Assembly: GCA_013265495.1 (NCBI GenBank)
Contig: MU058540.1
Span: forward strand, 1,203,696 to 1,267,695
Direction: 5' to 3'
Source: Vicugna vicugna
Taxonomy: Eukaryota
DNA: 64,000 nucleotides
Part shown: positions 1 through 13,005 of the stretch, in pieces
How the letters are laid out: the number at the start of each line of letters is the position of its first letter
How positions within the stretch are numbered: the stretch's first letter is position 1
The notes under the pieces: generated by a model
Told to the model about the DNA's origin: nothing
Databases searched by the model: none
The model's input: the letters and a program-made list of their open reading frames with translations, nothing else
Made by a program: the position numbers and the translations under genes

Positions 1-1196
1 TCTCCACTCCTGCCTCCCCTCCCCTGGCCCCACCCACAGCAGGATATCTTGTGTCACTTCTATCAGCAGATTCATCGGACACCAGGCTGCCACTGCCGCC
101 TGCTCTCCGAGTGTTGGGTGACTGGCCGCCGTCTCACCTGCCCCACTTGGCCCTGCCCCAGACGAGGCACCTCTGATGGGAGGCCTCCCTGCCCTACAGG
201 GCCCAGGATCCCTGCCTCGGCCCTCCTTCCCAGCCCCTTTGTCACTGGCCCTGACTGGCTGGGTGGGCACTTCTGCCAGCCCCGGCTGGGCTTGGGCATT
301 GCCCACACCCCCACCTTGCACCAGCTGGTCTGGTAAGCCGCAAAGCTAGCTCAGCTCAAGTGCCCCTGGACAGGGTTGGGGGCTGGGTGGCAGATCACGG
401 TGGGCTTCCTTCCCTCCTCACCACTCCTCAAGCAGGGCCAGGGCAAGCTCGGCAGGGAGAAATCAAGTCACAACATTTCCACCTGAGGGGTGTAAGGGTG
501 GGGAGGGCCCCCACAGACTGCCTTGGTGATGGGCGTCTATGAAGCAGTAGAATGGGGTTGAGCACCCCAGCCCGCATCAGCTCCAGATCCTTGAGTCCCC
601 CTCCTGCTCTTTCTCAGACCCTCTGACTGCCCCACCCGCCAGGCCATTCTGAACCAATGTTCAGGTGAGCTCCGCAGCGGAGCTGGGCCTGTGTCCTGAA
701 CTCAGGCCTGGAGGCAACTGTGTGCCCTGGCAGAACTCTGGGAATCTTTGTGCAAATTTTGGAAGCAAAATAGCGTACAAAGCACATATAGGTAAGTCTA
801 TCTCCCTATTGGTGTGGCCAGTGGAGCGGTTACTCTGCTCACAGCCTGGCCCGGGTGGCTGGAGTGCTGTAGTCCACAGGGACATCTGTGTTCCCAGGAG
901 TGGCAGGGGGGTTGCAGGGGCCAGAAGAGGTGGGGAGTCCTGAGAGCTGTGGCCGTCCCACCTTTGCTGCAAGTTAACATCAGGTTTCCACCACGTTTTC
1001 CTCCCCACCGGATGGTGTTTTCTAATTTGAACATTTTGTTTGCTAGACTTCTATAAAGAACTTTCCCCCTTCACAAATTTTATTATTCTGAAATATGGTA
1101 TATACAGTAGGATAAAGGCTTGATTCTTTTCCTTTATCAAGTTTTAGAGAAATGAGCTGATGTGAATATTTTTCCCAGTTTTAAAATATAAAAGTG

Positions 1197-1280
1197 GGGG
1201 TGCTCAACAGTAGAGCACATGCTTGGCATGCCTGAGGTCTGGGTTCAATCCCCAGTACTTCCATTTAAAAATAAATAAAA
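1197..1280 (+). mobile_element. tRNA-derived SINE (camelid vic-1-like), short form
   Basis: A/B-box-like tRNA head (gctcaacagtagagc...gggttcaatccccag), A-rich tail, 15-bp TSD TAAAATATAAAAGTG at 1182-1196 and 1281-1295. Confidence 0.85.
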
Positions 1281-1299
1281 TAAAATATAAAAGTGTATA

Positions 1300-3300
1300 A
1301 AATAGGTTATACATTTTAACAAATTACTATAAAGCCCACACCCAAATCACCACCATCTAGGTCATTGGCGGTAGCACCAAAAGTCCCCCACGGAACCTTC
1401 CCCACCACAAGCCCCTCCCTCCCTGGAGACCCACCACTAAATAGTTGGGGTTATTAGCTGCTTTGTTTTTGGTTTTACCACATAAGTATGCATCCAAAGC
1501 CAAATAGTTCTGTCTGCTTTTGAATTTTAATTCACGGGATTATGTAGTTTCCTATGTCTGGATTTTTTTCAATTAACATTTTCTTTTTACCATGCATGCA
1601 TCCGGGTTGTTCTTTGTAGTGGTCATCCTTTCATTGTTTTTATCGTTGCGTAGTTTTCCGACACGTGAATATACCGGGATTTACTTATCCATTTAACTGT
1701 TTACAGACATCTGGGTTGCTTCTGACTGTGGCTGTTGTGAAAACTGCCATTCAGAACCTTCTCATCCATGTCTTGGGGTAAATATGTGCCTGCAGTTCTG
1801 CAGGGTGTTTTCCTCGGAGTGGAATTGCTGGGTCACGGAGTAGGTGTATCTTCCAACCTAGTAGATAACACTAAACTGTTTTCCAGAGTGCTTGTACCAG
1901 CTCACAAGCAGTGTCTGAGCAGCTCCACGTTCTTGCAGGTATTTGGTTACTAGCAGACTTGTTTTTGTTTTTAGAATTTGATTTTTATTGTCATCATGGA
2001 TTTTTATAAATTTGATGAGTTTCAGTCCTTGTATTTATTATTCTCAGTGATGCTCAAATTGTCCCATCTTTGGCCAGTGGGAGCCTCTTGAAGTTGTTTC
2101 TGGCACCATTCATACAACTACATGGGGCTTTGAAAGTGTCCTCGCTTTCTGGAATGAAGATGTTCCTGGCTCCTCAGAGCTGCAACGGCCATTTTTCCAA
2201 AGGGCTGAATCTTTAAATATATATACACACATATATATATGTATGTATGTATACATGTATATGTATATACACACACATGTATACACATTGAGATATATTT
2301 CATATACCATAATTTTCACCTTTTTCCTCAGACCTGCAACGGCCATTTCTCCAAAGGGCTGAATCTTTAAATATATATACACACACATATATACACATTG
2401 AGATATATTTCATATACCATAATTTTCACCTTTTAAAAATGTATAATTCAGTGGCTTTCAGCACATTGATAAAGATGTACAACTGTCACCACTAATTCCA
2501 GAATATTTCCATCACCCCAAAAATCCCCATACCCGTTAGCAGTCACTCAATTCCCCCTCCCTCAAGCTCCCAGCAACCACCAATCTACTTTGTCTCTATC
2601 AATTGCCTGGATATTCCATATAAATGGAATCACATCTTTGTGCCTGGCTTCTTTAATTTAACATAATGTTTATAAGGTCCAGCCATGTTGTAGCACGTAA
2701 CATTACTTCATTCCTCTTTATGACTGAATAACATTCCATTGTGTGGATATACACATTTTATTTATCCATTTATCCACTGATAGACATTTGAATTGTTTTC
2801 ACTTTGGGGTTATTATTCATAATGCTTCTGTGAACATTTGTGTACAAGTTTTTGTGTAGCCATGTTTTCATTTCCCTTGGATATATAGCTAGGAGTGGAA
2901 TGGTTGGGTCACATAGTAACTCTGTGTTTAACCTTTTAAGGAACTGCCAGACTGTTTTCTAGATTGCACCATTTACATTCCATCCAGCAATGTGTGAAAG
3001 TCCCAGTTACTCCTCATCTTCACCCACTTGTTGTTGTCCAGCTTTGTCATCACAGCCATCCTAGTGCTTGGGAAGTGATATTTCATTGTGGGTCTGATTT
3101 GCTTTCTCTAAGCGACATAATATTGAGTATCTTTTCCTGTACTTATTGGCCTTTTGTACCTTCTTTGGAGAAATGTCTTTTCCTACCCTTTGCCTATTCT
3201 TAAATTGGGTAATTTGTCTTTTTCTTGTTGAGGTTTTTGGGTTCTTTAGATACTAGACCCTTGTTAGAGATATTTGCAAATATTTTTGCCCCATTTCTGT
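1300..3300 (-). mobile_element. Cluster of old L1 3'-end fragments
   Basis: Typical antisense L1 3' motifs (ttatccattta, ggagtggaattgctgggtca, gaactgccagactgtttt, ttctttggagaaatgtct). Confidence 0.75.
2171..2434. repeat. Tandem duplication (about 154 bp and 110 bp) containing a (TA/CA)n microsatellite
   Basis: Copy 1 at 2171-2324 and copy 2 at 2325-2434; flanks near-identical, microsatellite length differs. Confidence 0.9.
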
Positions 3301-3800
3301 GGATCCAGTTCATGGGGAATGGTTTAGAGACTCGGTCTGGGTGTTGGAGGCATTAGGCTTTCTGAATTCTAGAAACCAACCTAAGGACTCACGTGTAGCC
3401 TCAGCAGCTCTGAGCAGTTAGGCCTCGCTTGACACTGGCACTGAGACTCGGAGGAGGGAGGTGGTCTGCTCCTAAGCACCCCACTGCTATGTGGCTGTGG
3501 GGCACCAGAGTCAGGTCCCTAGTTTAGTTCCCATTGCTCCTCTTGGGGTCCTCACTCCAGCCCAACCCACATCCTCCAAATCCCCAAATTTAACCATTCC
3601 TTTTCCCTGGGTGCCCCCCACTCTGCTTTGTTGGTCTCAGCTTCTCTTAAAAAAAAAGCCTTCTTTAGCTGCCCCAGCCCAGAGAGGTCCTCCAAGGATG
3701 AGCTCCTGTGGCCTCAGGAGGTGGGAGGTTGAACTTGGACACACTGGCAATGGTCAAATTTGGGAAAAACCAAGTTCAACGAAGGTAAAGAGTTTTCTTT

Positions 3801-3831
<31 letters not shown>

Positions 3832-3968
3832 TTTTGTTGTTGTTGAAGGGGGAGGTAATTAGGTTTTTTTAATTTATTGATTGACTTAAATGGAGGTCCT
3901 GGAGATTGAACCCTGGACCTCCTGCATGCTAAGCATGCACTCTACCAGTTGAACTATACCCTCCCCCC
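3801..3968 (-). mobile_element. tRNA-derived SINE (camelid vic-1-like), full length
   Basis: Minus strand reads ggggagggtatagttcaactggtagagtgcatgcttagcatgcaggaggtccagggttcaatctcc... with an (AAAT)n tail; 13-bp TSD AAGAGTTTTCTTT at 3788-3800 and 3969-3981. Confidence 0.9.
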
Positions 3969-4024
3969 AAGAGTTTTCTTTACTGCAGGACTTTAGCCCA
4001 CTCTTGTGTATTGTGAATGTTAAG

Positions 4025-4655
4025 GAATCTAATTGACAAAACTTAGAAGCAACCATGACATCCTGTAATAGATGAATGGATAAATAAACTGTGGTACACC
4101 CAGACAATGGAATGTCATTCCATGATAAAAAGAGATGAGCTATCAAGCCATGAAAGACATGGAAGAAACTTAAAAGACATATTACTAAATGAAAGAAGCC
4201 AGTCTGAAAAGGCTACAAACTGTACGATTCCAACCAAATGACATTCTGGAAAAGGGAAAGCTACATAAACAATAAAAAGATCGTGGTTTCCAGGAGTTTG
4301 GTGAGAGAGAGGGAGGAAGGAATGAATAGATGGAGCATAAGGGATTTTTAGGGCAATGAAATTATTCTGTATGATACTATAGAGGTGGCAACATGTCATT
4401 ATGCATTTGTCAAAACCCATAGAATGTACAACATCAAGAGTGAACCCTAATGTAAACTATGGACTTTGGTTGATAATAATGTGCCCATGTTGGTTCATTG
4501 ATTATACCAAATATACCACACTGATGAGGGATATTGAGGGTAGGGGAGTATATATTTGTGGGTGGGGAGGGCTATACGGGAACTCTCTGTATTTTCTGCT
4601 CAGCTCTGCTGTGAACCTGGAACTGTTCTAAAAAATAAAGTCTATTAATTAAAAA
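4025..4655 (+). mobile_element. L1M 3' end
   Basis: gatgaatggataaataaactgtggtac...gtgaaccctaatgtaaactatggactttgg...aaaataaagtctatt followed by an A-tail. Confidence 0.8.
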
Positions 4656-5106
4656 AAGTAACATTGGGGAGTGTTACCAAGGAAAAATAGAACAGGAGTA
4701 AGGGGCTAGGGAGTGACAGGGATGGGCTGGCTGTTTTAGATGATTTGGGATCAGGGACATTGATCAGAGACCACAACAAGGCAGGAGATAAGCCTGTGGG
4801 CATCAGGGGAAGAATATCGCAGCACAGGGAGCAGCCAGTGCAAAGGCCCTGAGGCAGGAAAGAGCCTGATTTGTGTGAGGGACACAGAAAGGACAAACTG
4901 CCAGGCAGGGAACAGGGGTGGGGAGAGTGGTTGGAGGTGAGGAAAAGCAAACAAATTTGGACCCTCCTTGTTGGCCTGTAGGCCTGGCAAGCCTGAGGAA
5001 CTTGTTCTCAGCAACATGGTGAGACACTGGAATGGGGTGGGGGTGGGCTTTAGCAGTGGTGTGACATGTCAAAATTATATTTATATTTTAAAAAGATGAC
5101 TGTTGG

Positions 5107-5303
5107 AATATTAACTATTATGTATATAAAAATAGATTAAAAAAACTTCTGTATAGCACACAGAACTATATTAAATATCTTGTAGTAACCCTTAATGAAA
5201 AAGAATATGAAAACTAATATCTATGTATGTGTATGACTGGGACATTATGCTGGGCATCAGAAATTGACACATTATAACTGACTGTACTTCAATTAAAAAG
5301 CAA
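5107..5303 (+). mobile_element. 5'-truncated younger L1 3' end inserted in an L2 remnant
   Basis: L1 3'UTR motifs (ctgtatagcac...gaaattgacaca...cttcaatt followed by an A-tail); 17-bp TSD AAAAAGATGACTGTTGG at 5090-5106 and 5304-5320. Confidence 0.85.
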
Positions 5304-8300
5304 AAAAAGATGACTGTTGGGTAAACAGAAGGGGCAAGGCTGAAAGTAGGGAGAGCTTTTAGAAAACTACACTGCCCTCCAAGTGAGATGATGGCGGTGT
5401 GGACCCACAGGTTTCTAAATCCAGGAGGCTGGGTTCTGGGTCTGCTGAAGGAGAGTCAACGGAATGTGGAGATGAGGGAAGGAGAGGAACCTAGGTCTTT
5501 GAGCATTTGCATGAACAGTGGTGTCCTCTCTGAGATGGAGAAGACCAGGGATGGAGCAGGCTTGGGAGCAGTTAGAAGTTCTGCTGGGACACGTCTACCA
5601 GTTCAACATCCAAATGGGACATTGAGGAGCTGGTTGAATTTAGGAGGCAGAGTTTAGTGGCAGAGTTGGAGCTGGACATAGAAGAGGGAGGTATTGAAAG
5701 CCACAGGCTGGATGAGATTTCCTTGAAACTCCGTGTAGATGGGAGGAGGACAGGCCCCAGGACCGGGTTGGGGTGTGGTGTCAGAGAAGTGAAGGGGCCC
5801 ACGGGTGTCAGGGCCAATGGGGTGACTGCTGAGCGTCAGTAGGAGGAGGATTAGACAGGGACCAGGGGCTCTGGCACAGTGGGGGTCAGAGTAGTCAGTG
5901 AGGGCCAGAGCCCGATGGGAGGGGCTTCAGGAGGGAGTGGAGACTGGGCATATGGACGGCCTTCCCAGGAGTGTCCTCTACAAGCCAGGGAGCTGGCCCA
6001 TGGGGCTGGAGCTGAGGGCAGCATGCCATCTGCAGAGGGAATTTTTTTAGTGAGAGTAACACCGCCCTGTTTCTCCCTTGATGGGAAAGGTCCCATATGT
6101 AGGGAAACCCTGATCACGATCATGTGGGAGAGTAGGGAGAATTGCTGGAGGATGCAGTTGAGCCAGGAAGGCAGCGGCTGGTGCCCAGTGGGAGGGAGGC
6201 AGAGCCCAGGGGTGGGGAGCAGGGGCCTAGGGGTGCGAGTGTGGGCCATCCCCCTAGGCTGCTCTCAGGTTCTCAGAAGCAGCAGCACAGCTGTCAGGTG
6301 AGAGTGTGGCAGGAGGAAGTGTCCTGACCGCATTCTCACAGCCGCTGTGTAAAGCAGGTGCCATCACTCCCGCTTTGCAGATGAGGAAATGGGTGCAGGG
6401 GTCATTTGCTGGGGTGGGGCAGGACTGGGATTTTGAGCAGGGCCTGGTGAATTCCAGGGGTACCCCCCTGGGGGCTCCTAGGGGAGTGTGGATATCAGGA
6501 CGTGAGGCTACATCTCGCTCTTCCAGCCTCCCTGCCGAGGGCAGCCCTTCACCTGCAGTGGGACACCAGGACCAGACAGGGGAGGCGACTGCCCCTAGTC
6601 ACACACAGGGTAGGCCCAGTGGACTCCCTGGGAGCCAAACCTAAGCCAGGAATCTGGTTGTCACCTGGTCCCCATATGCTCCCATCCTAATGGAGGGCCA
6701 TGATGACTTTTAGGATCCCTAGTACCAGTCCATTTGGAGCCTGTGTCTAATAGCCCTTGAAATACCGGGGTGCTCCTTTTCTCCATGATGGTTTCCTTTA
6801 TAAATGGCCATGGAAGTCCCTCTAGGGAGGGTCTGGTGGAATCATCATCATATATTCTTGTTCTGGGGTCAAAGGGCCCTTACTCCTGGACACCTGTCCT
6901 CTCCTTCAGTCAGGTGGACCTGAAACCTTGCTCAGGTCTGGAAATTGGACAAGGGATCATGGTTTTTTTTTTATTAGGGTGCAGCCCTCAGTTCCCCAAC
7001 CATCAGGCCTTGGTTTCTTGAATACAGAGAGTGGGCAGTGTGCTGGTTGACCACCCATCTGGCTTGCCCCTGGGGACACCGGGTTCTAGTAACCATTTCC
7101 ATAGCTCTGTGGGTCAGGGCCTCCCAGCTGCCACTCTGACCTCGCCAATAGTTGTCATACTCGCACCCACCTTCTGACCAGTGAGTGCTGCCACCTGGCC
7201 TCCTATTCAGGGATCCTGTCATCAATGCTGTCAGGGGCCCAGTTCTGTAACAGCAGCTCCTACGCTCATGTCCTGAGACATGGCATTTCTACTTCTTGTG
7301 CTGTGACATCACTTTCTCTAAGCAGTGTGTTAATAGTCTTCTGTCTTTCCGCATTCTTACCAGGGTGTTAATTCTTGTATTTGGATTAACACTCCTTCAT
7401 CCAACTCTACGTCCCCACCTTGGTCCAGCCCTTCAAATCGCATCCCCCCTTTGCTTCCTTGGTTCTGCCGGCACATGGCTCCCTCCCGCAGCTGCCTCCT
7501 GCAGCTGAGGTGTAACTTACCCAGCTCTTGCTCTGATGGTCAGGAGAGGAGGGGGCGGTTCAGAGGGAGGGTCCTTGGCATCATGGGCATTCTGGGCTCT
7601 GAGGGGGTCACTTCCAAGTCCCACTTTCCTGAGCAGGGCCTGACCTTGGTGCCGCAGACTCATCCTGAGCTGAGAACTCAACCTTCTCTGACATTCTGCT
7701 CTGCTTATAATTAAGCCCTGCGCCTTCATCTCAGCTTTTCCTTCCCCTCCAGCTGCAGGAGAGGAGCATTTTTATGCATCTAAGGAGGCCCTTGGCTTTC
7801 ACATTTGGCCTTAAATTAGTGATTAATCACTCTCAGCCTTTTAGAATTGTCTTTCTCCAGTGCACGAGGGCCCCCAGCAACAGCCAGCTCATTCCGTGGG
7901 CTTTATAATTAATTACTCCTCCCCCAGCCTCTCAAAATCCAGAGAGACACCCCCTGCTCCCCTCTCCCTCCCCACTCCTTCCTTCCCCCCCTCAGGCCTG
8001 TGTCATCCAGTTATTGGATGTGAGCTGCCCACTGGGAGCAGCTGCCAAGAGGTCTGTAAGGTGGAGGGCAGTCCTGGGGGAGGGACTCAGACTTGTCAGC
8101 AGTAAATACTCCCTGCAGCTGGGGGATGGGGTACTTTTGTCCTAAAGCGGGGCTTCTGGACAGCACAACACACGTCACAGCACACAGTTTACTTAGTTTT
8201 TCAGCTGTTGGTGGCTGTTTGGGTTGTTGAGGGGCTAATGTGAATCCCACTGCTGTGGGATTTGTGCACGTGCCTTTTGGTGTGCACTCCTCACTGTTGT

Positions 8301-11300
8301 ATGTATACTCAAGAGTGGAACTGTTGGTCTGAGGTATACGTGTGCTGGACTTCAGTAGGTATCACCAAAGAGTTTTCCAATGGTATACTACGAAATATAC
8401 CATTTTGTATTCCCACCAGCAGTGTTTGAGGGTTCTGGTGGTTCTGCATCTTCATCAACACTTGATATTGTCTGTCCATTTATTTTAGCCATTCTGGTGG
8501 TCCAATGATGCTCATGTGCGGTTAGGGAGGGGAACCACTCCTTCCTGGTAGTTGGGTGGATGTGAGATCTGGGGAGCCCTGGGGCCTCCCCCACCTGACT
8601 CTACCTGATATCCATGTCCAAGGATATGGAAAACCAAAATCCTGGCAGACACATTAAATCCTTCTTCAAAACCAAATCCTAGCAGATATATTAAAATGTT
8701 ATCAGATAGAAACAACCTCACGTGAGCTTGCTTTGTCCGTTTCCTTTCAGCCTGAGGTTCCAGCTCTGAAGGGTTATGGAAGGAAACGTAAATTTCGTTG
8801 CCTGTGAGGCCACCTTCTGTGGGTCTCACGAGGACACTGGGAAGCAGCCACAGTGACTCACCCTGTCCAGCGTTTCACAGTTTTCAAAATGCTTTCTCAT
8901 CTGCGCTCCTTTGGGCTTCACAACAGCCCCCAAAACCAGCAAGAGCACGTAGTATCAGCTCCATATGACAGAAGGGGAAACTGAGGCCAATCACTTGTGC
9001 AGAGTCATACAGCAGGTTAGTGACCAGGAACCCAGTGGTGGATCCCAGGACTAGGACTCCAAATTTTCTTCATTCTTTTATTGGCCTCTGCCCTCTCCTT
9101 TCCTTTAGAAAGCAGCTCAGGGCCAGCTCTCCAGTACCACCCCTCCTTGCTTTGTGTCCCCCCACCTGCTGCTTATCAAGGTCCTCTTAGAAGCAGGTAA
9201 TTCCAAGGGCTCTCTGGGTCTAACTTCTCCAACCTTGATATGCTCAGTTGTCTCCTGGAGACCTTGCTCAACGATTCTGCGTTAGGAAGTCTTGTGGGCC
9301 CCAGATTCTACATTTCTCATAAACTCCCAGGTGATGCCTCAAAGTGGACCGCACTTTGAGGAGTGAGGAGGCAGATGACTTCCCAGCTGAGGGCTGTAGG
9401 GGCAGGTCTTTATGCCGTGCTTGTTTGGCCCCATGAACTAGGGCGAACACTGGTTACTTGCTGTCTATGCTCTGACATGAGTGTTAGTTACTGTGAGTTC
9501 AAGCCGCTCTCCAGTTTTCCCATTATGGGATGTGCCATTTAAGTCATTTGGCTCAGTTTGAAGTACCTTACTCCTGACACCTCTCTCAGGAACACTTCTG
9601 TTCCCTCCCTCTTCCCACTTTCTTCTTTTTCCTCTTCTAGCAGCACTCCGAATTCCCACCCCTACCCCAAATGGGCAGAATCTCAGCTAGGAATTAGGGG
9701 GAAAGCTGGCTAAGTAAACTTATGTATTCTGAAGTGTGAATCACTCCCATCTCTTCCCTTAACTCTTCCAGGGGTGATTTAGATGGGAGAAACTGAAGCT
9801 TTCAGTTGTTGGAAAAGTTGACAGTGAAAGAAAGAACAGGAAATAGTCAGGAATTCTTTCCTGTACTCCCTAACATTTCCCAAACCTGGGTTGATGATTG
9901 ACCCATAGCCCACCCCACAGTTGTAGCTGGAGAGTGGAGAGGCAGCAGCTTGTGCAGATATAGGAGATTATGCCGTGGGACAAAGGACAGCCTGTGAGGG
10001 GGATGGCAGGGGCTAAAGCATGTTGGGGGGCTCAGCACCTGTGCTAAAGCCTTGGTCACAATGATTCGTTGTGAATAATTGCAGTGGTAATTATGAAGAT
10101 TGCACAGGCAAATGGATTCCAGTTTACACTCTGCTCCCCTGCAAAGGTCATCAATAATTGCCCGACTTCCTCCCTGTGGCGGGTACTAGGCTGCAGTGGG
10201 GGCCTGTCAGGGAGTTTCTGGGCCGCATGCCCGAGCTGAGGAGGTTGGGGGGCTGAGAGCCTCTCAGGGTGATCTCTGCCAGCCTGAGGCGGGGAGGCAG
10301 GTGGGTGAGCTCAGCGTAGAGGCTGCCTCCCCCTCCTGGATGATGCCCCGGCTCCCCAGCACACTCCCAGCTGAGCCGGCTGGAAGTGGGGCATGTGGTG
10401 CTTGCTGACCCAGTGAGTGGTGACCGCTGGCAGAGGCAGTGACCTGTTCTGCCCATCAGTCTTTCTAGAAGGTTCAGCCCCAGATCCCCCTAGCTTGACA
10501 TGCTGCGGGGCCTTGCACTGTCACCTCCCTTCTCTGGTTGTCTTTCTCTATAAAACAAAGGAGTTGGGCCAGACACAGTGGCCTTGGGAGGCCCCTTCCA
10601 GATCTGGATCCTAGGAATCCAGCCTTTGGTCCTCAAGTTTTGCGGAAGATTTGTGCCTGAGCTTTGGAGTCAGTATAGAGTTTCAATCGTGGCTCGTTCC
10701 TGCTGGGTGACATTGGGCCACTGACTTCACCTCCCTGATCCCTGGTTTCCTCTTTAAAAAATTAAAGATAACGGTATACATCTCTCAGTGTTGATGTTGA
10801 GATTAAAGGCGATCATCACAGGGAACTATGTAGCTGGCATAAACGAGTGCTTCCTCTGTGTCAGGCGTGGTCCCAGGGCTTTTCCCATCTTCCCAGCTGC
10901 CCTGTGAGGCAAGTGCTGCTGTTATCCCCAGTTTAAGATGCAGAGACGTAACAGTTGGAAGCGTGGGCAGACAGGGGTCTGAAAGATGTCAGCTGCTATT
11001 AAGATGACTCCTTCCATCCTCCTTGGGAAGCTTCTCCAGCGAGGCTTCCCCACCAGCTCCATATGTGCTCACCTCTACACCTCTGCTCAAGCTCTTCCTC
11101 CCCTGAGTTCCCCTTCCTGCCTGGCCCTCCAAGCCCAACAGTCTGTCACCGTCTGACTCTGTGACCTCTCCCGAGTCCGCCCTCACTCCCCTGGGGCTGA
11201 GCCTCTGGCTGATCCTGCTCTGTCTCCTCAGATGCACCTGTCACAGCCCTGGGCATGAAAGGTGCTGGGGAACCCATGTGTTTGAGAAATTCCAGGGCTA

Positions 11301-11560
11301 GAACCTCCACAGTCACCCCAGACTCAGCATAAACCCCAATGAATACCTCCATGGGCCATGCCTCGTGCTAGAAAGTGGGGATGCAGAGACCAACACGAGA
11401 TGACCTGGAACTAAGAAGGTGCCAGTGCAGGAGGACAGTGGCTCTGAGCCCAAGATGCCCTTGGGAGTCACCTATGGAGCTTTGAATTGCTGATGCCCGG
11501 GCCCCACCACAGAGTCTGGGGTGCAGCCTGGACTTGAGGAGTTTTAAAAGTGTTGTAGGT

Positions 11561-13005
11561 AAGAAAATTGGATAACCTGTCCCCTACCAAAAAAAAAAAA
11601 AAGGAGAAAAAAGAAAATTTGATATCCACATGCAAAAGAATAAAGCTGGACCCTTACCTTACACTGTATGCAAAAACAGATCAAAGACCTCAGTGTAAGA
11701 ATGAAAACTATAAAACTCATAGAATCTTCATGACATTGGGTTTGGCAGTGATTTCTCAGATATGACACCAAAAGCACAGACATCAAAAGAAAAAAATAAT
11801 AAATTGGACTTCACCAAAATTTAAAACTCTATCAAGAGAGTGAAAAGACAACGTACAGAGTGAGAAAAAAATATTTGCAAATGATATATCTGATAAGGGT
11901 TTAATATTCAGAATGTATAAAGAACTCCTACAACTCAACAGCAAAGAACCGAACAACCAGTTTAAAAAATAAGCAGAGGACTTGAATAGACATTTCTCCA
12001 AAGAAGATATACAGATGGCTAATAAGCACATGAAAAGATGCTCAACATCATTAATCATTAGGCAAATGCAAATCAAAACTACAATGAGATACCACTTCAC
12101 ACTCATTAGGATGGCTATTATCAAAGAGCAGAAAATAACAAGTGTTGGTGAGGATGTGGAGAAATTGGAACCCTTCTACATTGCTGATGAGAATGTAAAA
12201 TGGTACAGCTGCTGTAGAAAACCGTTGGACAGTCTCAAAAAGAGACACAGAATATGATCCAAAATCCCAATTCTAGGTATCTACCCAAAAGACTTGAAAG
12301 CTGGAACTCAACTCAAACAGAACTGAAACACCAATGTTCGTAGCTGCATTTTTTTTTTGAGTAAAAGTAGATTTATTTAGAGAGATACATTCTACATAGA
12401 GTGTAAGCTATTTTAAAAAGTGAGAGAGAGGCCACAAGGTGTAGGGGTTGGATGCTCAGGTTAAAATAAAAGTAGGTACACACTCCACAGACTGCTGGCC
12501 ATCTCGGAAGAGGAGTGAGTGAGAAAGATGGCCGTAGCCACATTTTTAACAATAGCCAAAAGGCAAAACCGACCCGAATGTCCATTGGTGGATAAATGGA
12601 TAAACAAAATGTGGTAAATCCATACAATGAAAAATGATTCTGCCTTAAAAAGGAATGAAATTCTGATACATGCTGCAACACACATGAACATTGAAAACAC
12701 TGCTAAGTGTAAAGAAGCCAGACGCCAAAGGACCAATATTGTGTGATTCCACTTTATGTGAGATGCCTAGACTAGGCAAATTCATAGACACAGCAGGTAG
12801 AATGGTGGTTGCCAGGGGCTGGAGGGAAGGGGAGGATGGAAATCATTAATAGGTATAGAGTTTCAGTTTAGGATGATGAAAAGTTCTAGAGATAACTGTG
12901 GTGATAGTTGCAGAACAATGTGAGTATACCTAATCGTACATTTTTAAATGGTTCAAATGGTACATTTCATGTTATATTTATTTCACCACAATTTTAAAAA
13001 AATTA
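11561..13005 (+). mobile_element. L1 (ORF2 C-terminus and 3'UTR) inserted in a MER5-type element
   Basis: Degenerate ORF2 peptide [37 protein letters not shown] at 11982-12257; MER5-like sequence on both sides (about 11460-11560 and 13005-13045). Confidence 0.88.

Noticed and set aside
3886..3968. tRNA-like sequence
   Set aside because: It is the head of a SINE with a tail and TSDs, and the acceptor stem is imperfect.
11783..12257. ORFs of 91-113 aa
   Set aside because: Degenerate L1 ORF2 C-terminus and its antisense reading, not a host gene.
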